Shown here piece after piece: positions 58,362-64,000 of a DNA stretch of 64,000 bases. A program made the translations under genes and the position numbers. The stretch is from an uncultured bacterium (GTDB lineage Bacteria > Armatimonadota > Hebobacteria > Hebobacterales > Hebobacteraceae), in assembly GCA_964559435.1 (NCBI GenBank), contig CAZLHI010000004.1, positions 23,408-87,407 on the forward strand, given 5' to 3'. A model generated the notes under the pieces. That model was not told where the DNA came from. It made no database searches and worked only from the letters and a program-made list of their open reading frames with translations. Numbering within the stretch: position 1 is the first letter of the stretch; each line of letters begins with the position of its first letter.

Positions 58362-59396
58362 CTAGCGTGAATAGCCCGAAGAGGCCTCCGTCGCCGTGGC
58401 CAGCAGCGCAGGCGGCAGGCCTGGGGCCATGTCCAAGTAGAGGCCGGTCCCGACCGCCACAGAGGGGAGTGGATCCTCCGCTACCTCGACTCTGAGCTCG
58501 GTCTGTTCCGCCAGGAGCTGATCGAGGCCGCGCAGCAGCGCCCCGCCTCCGGTGAGTGTTATGCCAAGCTCCATGATGTCGGCGGCGAGCTCAGGAGGAG
58601 TATTCTGCAGAACACGTCGCACACACTCGACAATGGCCGCCACCGGCTCCGTCAATGCCTCTCTGACTTCCTCTGAGCTTATCTCGACTGTTCGGGGCAG
58701 GCCGGACACGACGTCCCGGCCTCGAACCGCCAGTGAATTCTCGTTCGGAAGCGGGTAGGCCGACCCGATCTGCATCTTGATATCCTCTGCAGTGCCCTCT
58801 CCGATGTCCAAGTTGTGGGCTTGCTTCACGTGGCGCACAATCAGTTCATCCATATCTGACCCGCCCAGACGGATCGACTCGCTGAGGACAATCCCTGCCA
58901 TTGAGATGACGGCCGCGTCGGTCGTCCCCCCGCCGATGTCAACCACGAGATGGCCCTTTGGATTGGTGACCTCAAGCCCGGCCCCGATGGCCGCCGCCAG
59001 AGGCCCTTCTACAGGGAGCGCGCTGCCGGCTCCCCCTGCTCGGGCGGCCTCCAGAAATGCGCGCTTCTCGACCGCGGTGGCACCAGACGGAACACAAATG
59101 CAGACCCGAGGCTTGAAGAGCCTGGGCCGACCGCATACACGAGTCAGAAGATACCGCAGCAACACGCATGTTACCGTGAAATCGGCGATGACGCCATCCT
59201 GCACGGGCCGGACGACGACTATCCCATCCGCGACCCGACCAAGCATGGCCCCTGCCTCTTCGCCCAAGGCCACCACCTCTTCCTCGAAAACCGCCACCAC
59301 GGAGGGCTCGCGGATGATGATACCGCGGCCCTTCGCGCAGAGGAGGGTATTGGTCGTCCCCAGGTCTACCCCAATGGATTCCGCCAGCCCGATCAT
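58362..59396 (-). CDS. mreB: Rod shape-determining protein MreB (actin-like ATPase).
   Basis: IGVDLGTTNT (phosphate 1), ...VVDIGGGTTD (phosphate 2), ...LTGGGALLRGLD (adenosine motif). Confidence 0.85.
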   Translation of the reverse strand: MIGLAESIGVDLGTTNTLLCAKGRGIIIREPSVVAVFEEEVVALGEEAGAMLGRVADGIVVVRPVQDGVIADFTVTCVLLRYLLTRVCGRPRLFKPRVCICVPSGATAVEKRAFLEAARAGGAGSALPVEGPLAAAIGAGLEVTNPKGHLVVDIGGGTTDAAVISMAGIVLSESIRLGGSDMDELIVRHVKQAHNLDIGEGTAEDIKMQIGSAYPLPNENSLAVRGRDVVSGLPRTVEISSEEVREALTEPVAAIVECVRRVLQNTPPELAADIMELGITLTGGGALLRGLDQLLAEQTELRVEVAEDPLPSVAVGTGLYLDMAPGLPPALLATATEASSGYSR

Positions 59397-59405
59397 CGGT
59401 CCGCC

Positions 59406-60683
59406 CTACACCCCCTCGCCGGCCGCCGCCATGTCTGCCCCCAGAGCCCTGAGCTTCCCCTCGAAGTCCTCATATCCGCGCGAGACGTAGCGTCGCCCCA
59501 GGACGAGGCTCTCCCCCTCGGCGCTGAGGGCCGCAGTCACAACAGCGGCCCCATCCCTGATGTTCCCGGCCTCCACGGTAGCACTTGTCAAACGTTCCAC
59601 GCCTCGGATGATCGCATGTCGAGAGTCCCGCAGCTCGATGTCCGCACCCATCTTCACCAACTGTTCCGCGTACTGGAGCCGCCGATCGAACACCGTCTCT
59701 TGGATCGTGCTGTTCCCCTCCGCAGTTGCCAGCACGGCGGCGGCCAGTGGTTGCAGATCGGTCGAGAAGAAGGGGAACGGATCGGTGACTATGTCTACAC
59801 CACGCGGTCGCCCAGGACAGCCGGCGACCAGCCCGTGGCCCTGAGCCACCAGGTGCACGCCGGCCTCCTCGAGCTTGTCGGCCGTCGCGCCCAGTTCAGA
59901 GCGCGTTATGTTCTCCAGCATGACTTCGCCGCGCGTCGCAGCGGCCGCGCAGATGAAGGTGCCGGCCTCCAGGCGATCAGAGTTTACTCGGTGAGTGGTT
60001 CCGTGCAGCCCCGACACGCCCTGGACCGTCAGCTTCGGCCCCCCAATACCCCGGATGTGGGCGCCGGCCTCGTTCAGGAAGTTACAGAAGCATACCACGT
60101 CTGGCTCATAGGAGGCGTCCTCGATGACCGTTTCCCCGCCGGCCAGAGCAGCGGCCATGAGCGCGGTGAAGGTCGCCCCCGGGTTCCGGTGGCGTTCGTC
60201 GAGGGTGACAGTGGTCCCGTGGAGGGCCTCGGCCTGAAGCTGAATGTGGTCTGCTCCCATGCTCACCTGCGCGCCAAGCGCCTCTAGCACAGCGAGGATG
60301 TGCGTGACCGGGCGATTCCCAAGGTCACAGCCGCCGGGGATGGCCAGCTCTGCCCGGCCCAGGCGGATGAGCAAAGGACCGAGCAAGTAGTGCGATGCCC
60401 GCATCTTCCGCACCAGCTCGGCCGGCGGAGAGTGAGTAGTGGTCCCAGTGTTGACCACTCGCACACTGCCGTCGGCGCCCTCTTCCACCGCAAGGCCGAC
60501 CGAGCGCATGAGGGCGACCATCGTATGCACGTCCGCAATGCGAGGGACGTTTTGGACCACAGTCTCGCCCTCGAGCAGCAGCGTTGCAGCGAGGACCGGC
60601 AGTGAGCCGTTCTTGCTCCCCGAAAGTCGCACCTTCCCCCGCAGTGGTCTCCCGCCCGCGATCCGCCAGGCTTCTGCCGTCAT
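59406..60683 (-). CDS. murA: UDP-N-acetylglucosamine 1-carboxyvinyltransferase.
   Basis: G.V.LSGSKN..LP.L.A.LL.E......N.P.I.DV......L...G... with the catalytic Cys loop PGGCDLGNRPV. Confidence 0.9.
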   Translation of the reverse strand: MTAEAWRIAGGRPLRGKVRLSGSKNGSLPVLAATLLLEGETVVQNVPRIADVHTMVALMRSVGLAVEEGADGSVRVVNTGTTTHSPPAELVRKMRASHYLLGPLLIRLGRAELAIPGGCDLGNRPVTHILAVLEALGAQVSMGADHIQLQAEALHGTTVTLDERHRNPGATFTALMAAALAGGETVIEDASYEPDVVCFCNFLNEAGAHIRGIGGPKLTVQGVSGLHGTTHRVNSDRLEAGTFICAAAATRGEVMLENITRSELGATADKLEEAGVHLVAQGHGLVAGCPGRPRGVDIVTDPFPFFSTDLQPLAAAVLATAEGNSTIQETVFDRRLQYAEQLVKMGADIELRDSRHAIIRGVERLTSATVEAGNIRDGAAVVTAALSAEGESLVLGRRYVSRGYEDFEGKLRALGADMAAAGEGV

Positions 60684-60697
60684 GGCTGCTCCTATTG

Positions 60698-61144
60698 CTA
60701 CGTTGTCTGGATTGTCCTTCGACGTCCGGCTAAGCGCTTTCTCTCGGCCGCCTTCAGCCTGGCGAGAGCGCGCTGGAGCGCGGCCTCCGCCCGAGCAATG
60801 TCAATATCCCGTTCGTGGAGGCGGAGTCTCTGTCGAGCCCGTTGTTCCGCCGCGCGAGCCCTCTCCACATCGATCTCCAGCGCGGCCTCCGCGGTGTCCG
60901 CCAAGACGGTGACACCGTCCAGCTCGACTTCGAGAAACCCAGCAGACACGGCGAAGTAATCCTCTTCCCCGTTCTCCTGTCTGATCATGAGAGCCCCCGG
61001 GCCGAGCTCAGCAACCATCGGCGCATGCCTCGCCAGCACCCCAAAGTAGCCCTCTACTCCGGGTGCTATCAGGGATCGTGCCCGGCCCTCGAACAGAGCG
61101 TGATCGGGCGCCAGTATCGTCAGATCAAAGAGCGGGAAGGGCAA
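60698..61144 (-). CDS. atpC: F0F1 ATP synthase subunit epsilon.
   Basis: 148 aa, N-terminal beta-sandwich (ILAPD..LFEG....L..PG.EG.FG.L..HAP) plus a C-terminal helical hairpin. Directly follows atpD. Confidence 0.85.
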   Translation of the reverse strand: MPFPLFDLTILAPDHALFEGRARSLIAPGVEGYFGVLARHAPMVAELGPGALMIRQENGEEDYFAVSAGFLEVELDGVTVLADTAEAALEIDVERARAAEQRARQRLRLHERDIDIARAEAALQRALARLKAAERKRLAGRRRTIQTT

Positions 61145-63398
<2,254 letters not shown>

Positions 63399-63402
<4 letters not shown>

Positions 63403-64000
63403 GCGGCCTTACCCTCGTCTTCTCGCTCCCCCGGCTGCACCTTCTGTGTATGGAAGCGCTCGCAGCAGTGCTCCAGGGCTCGCCTCAACTGCCTTTCCAC
63501 CTCGTCGCTGAGCTCGCCGGTGTCCTCAATCTGGTGCAGGACCGCCGGATAGTGCTCGCGCACAAACCGGATTACCTCCCGGCCGAATCGAGAAACATCG
63601 TCCGCTTCCACGTCGTCGGCGTAGCCGTGTGTACCAGCGTAGATGACGACCACCTGCTCGGCGATGGGCATGGGTTCGTACTGGGGCTGAATCAAGAGCT
63701 GCATCATCCGCTCGCCTCGTGCCAGCTGAGCTCGCGTGGTGCGGTCGAGCTCGGTAGCGAACTGAGCGAAGGCCTGGAGTTCCTGGTAGTAGGCCAAGTC
63801 GAGACGCAGCATTCCCCCCACTTGCTTCATGGCCGGCCGCTGCGCCGCACCGCCGACGCGAGACACGGAAAGCCCGACATTCATCGCCGGCCGGAAGCCA
63901 GAGAAGAACAGGTCACTCTCCAGGTAGATCTGTCCATCAGTGATGGAGATGATGTTGGTCGGGATGTAGGCCGAGTAGTCCCCCTCCTGAGTCTCGATTA
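63399..64000 (-). CDS. atpA: F0F1 ATP synthase subunit alpha; C-terminal part only, as the gene continues beyond the window end.
   Basis: ...INVGLSVSRVGGAAQ..AMKQVGGMLRLDLAYYQEL.AFAQF.. is the conserved alpha C-terminus. The in-frame ORF runs to the window edge. Confidence 0.9.

Overview
This window is a high-GC (roughly 65-70%) bacterial chromosomal segment with about 57 supportable genes. It is densely packed and shows many overlapping start/stop codons. The right half (about 37-64 kb) is conserved housekeeping: cimA/leuA-family synthase, iscU, dtd, a riboflavin operon ribD-ribE-ribBA-ribH, mfd, a RicT/PSP1 protein, dnaJ, rpoZ, rnhB-lepB-rplS, an M48 peptidase, mreB, murA, and atpC-atpD-atpG-atpA (atpA truncated at the window end). 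The left half (0-37 kb) is envelope and accessory-like. It holds a GH43-like/ThuA pair; a membrane-fused spermidine-synthase-like protein; a large S-layer-homology (SLH) protein with CBM4/9 and beta-helix domains; an enolase-superfamily dehydratase; a transglutaminase-like protein; an EamA transporter; and a lipoprotein with an HExxH motif fused to a polytopic membrane domain. It also holds two paralogous AraC regulators; two paralogous prepilin-type DUF1559/H-X9-DG proteins with a decayed remnant of a third copy; a glycosyltransferase family 2 (GT2) protein fused to a YdjC-family deacetylase, divergent from a GT39/ArnT-like GT-C transferase; an ANTAR response regulator with a GAF partner; a CsaB pyruvyl transferase with a DUF5693-like membrane protein, a BadF-type sugar kinase and NanE; a membrane PP2C phosphatase; and an M23 peptidase. 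The DUF1559/H-X9-DG family, SLH domains and csaB together suggest an Armatimonadota/Planctomycetota-like lineage, but this is only a guess. No rRNA, tRNA, CRISPR array or recognisable transposase was found. Many long ORFs in the provided track are antisense or N-terminally over-extended artefacts of the high GC content, and the track treats GTG/TTG as Met. The most unusual loci are (i) the duplicated AraC-DUF1559 module with covarying 3' hairpins and an inserted GT2-YdjC/GT-C pair, (ii) the ANTAR regulator with a 745-nt leader, and (iii) a low-GC non-coding island at 14.3-15.8 kb.
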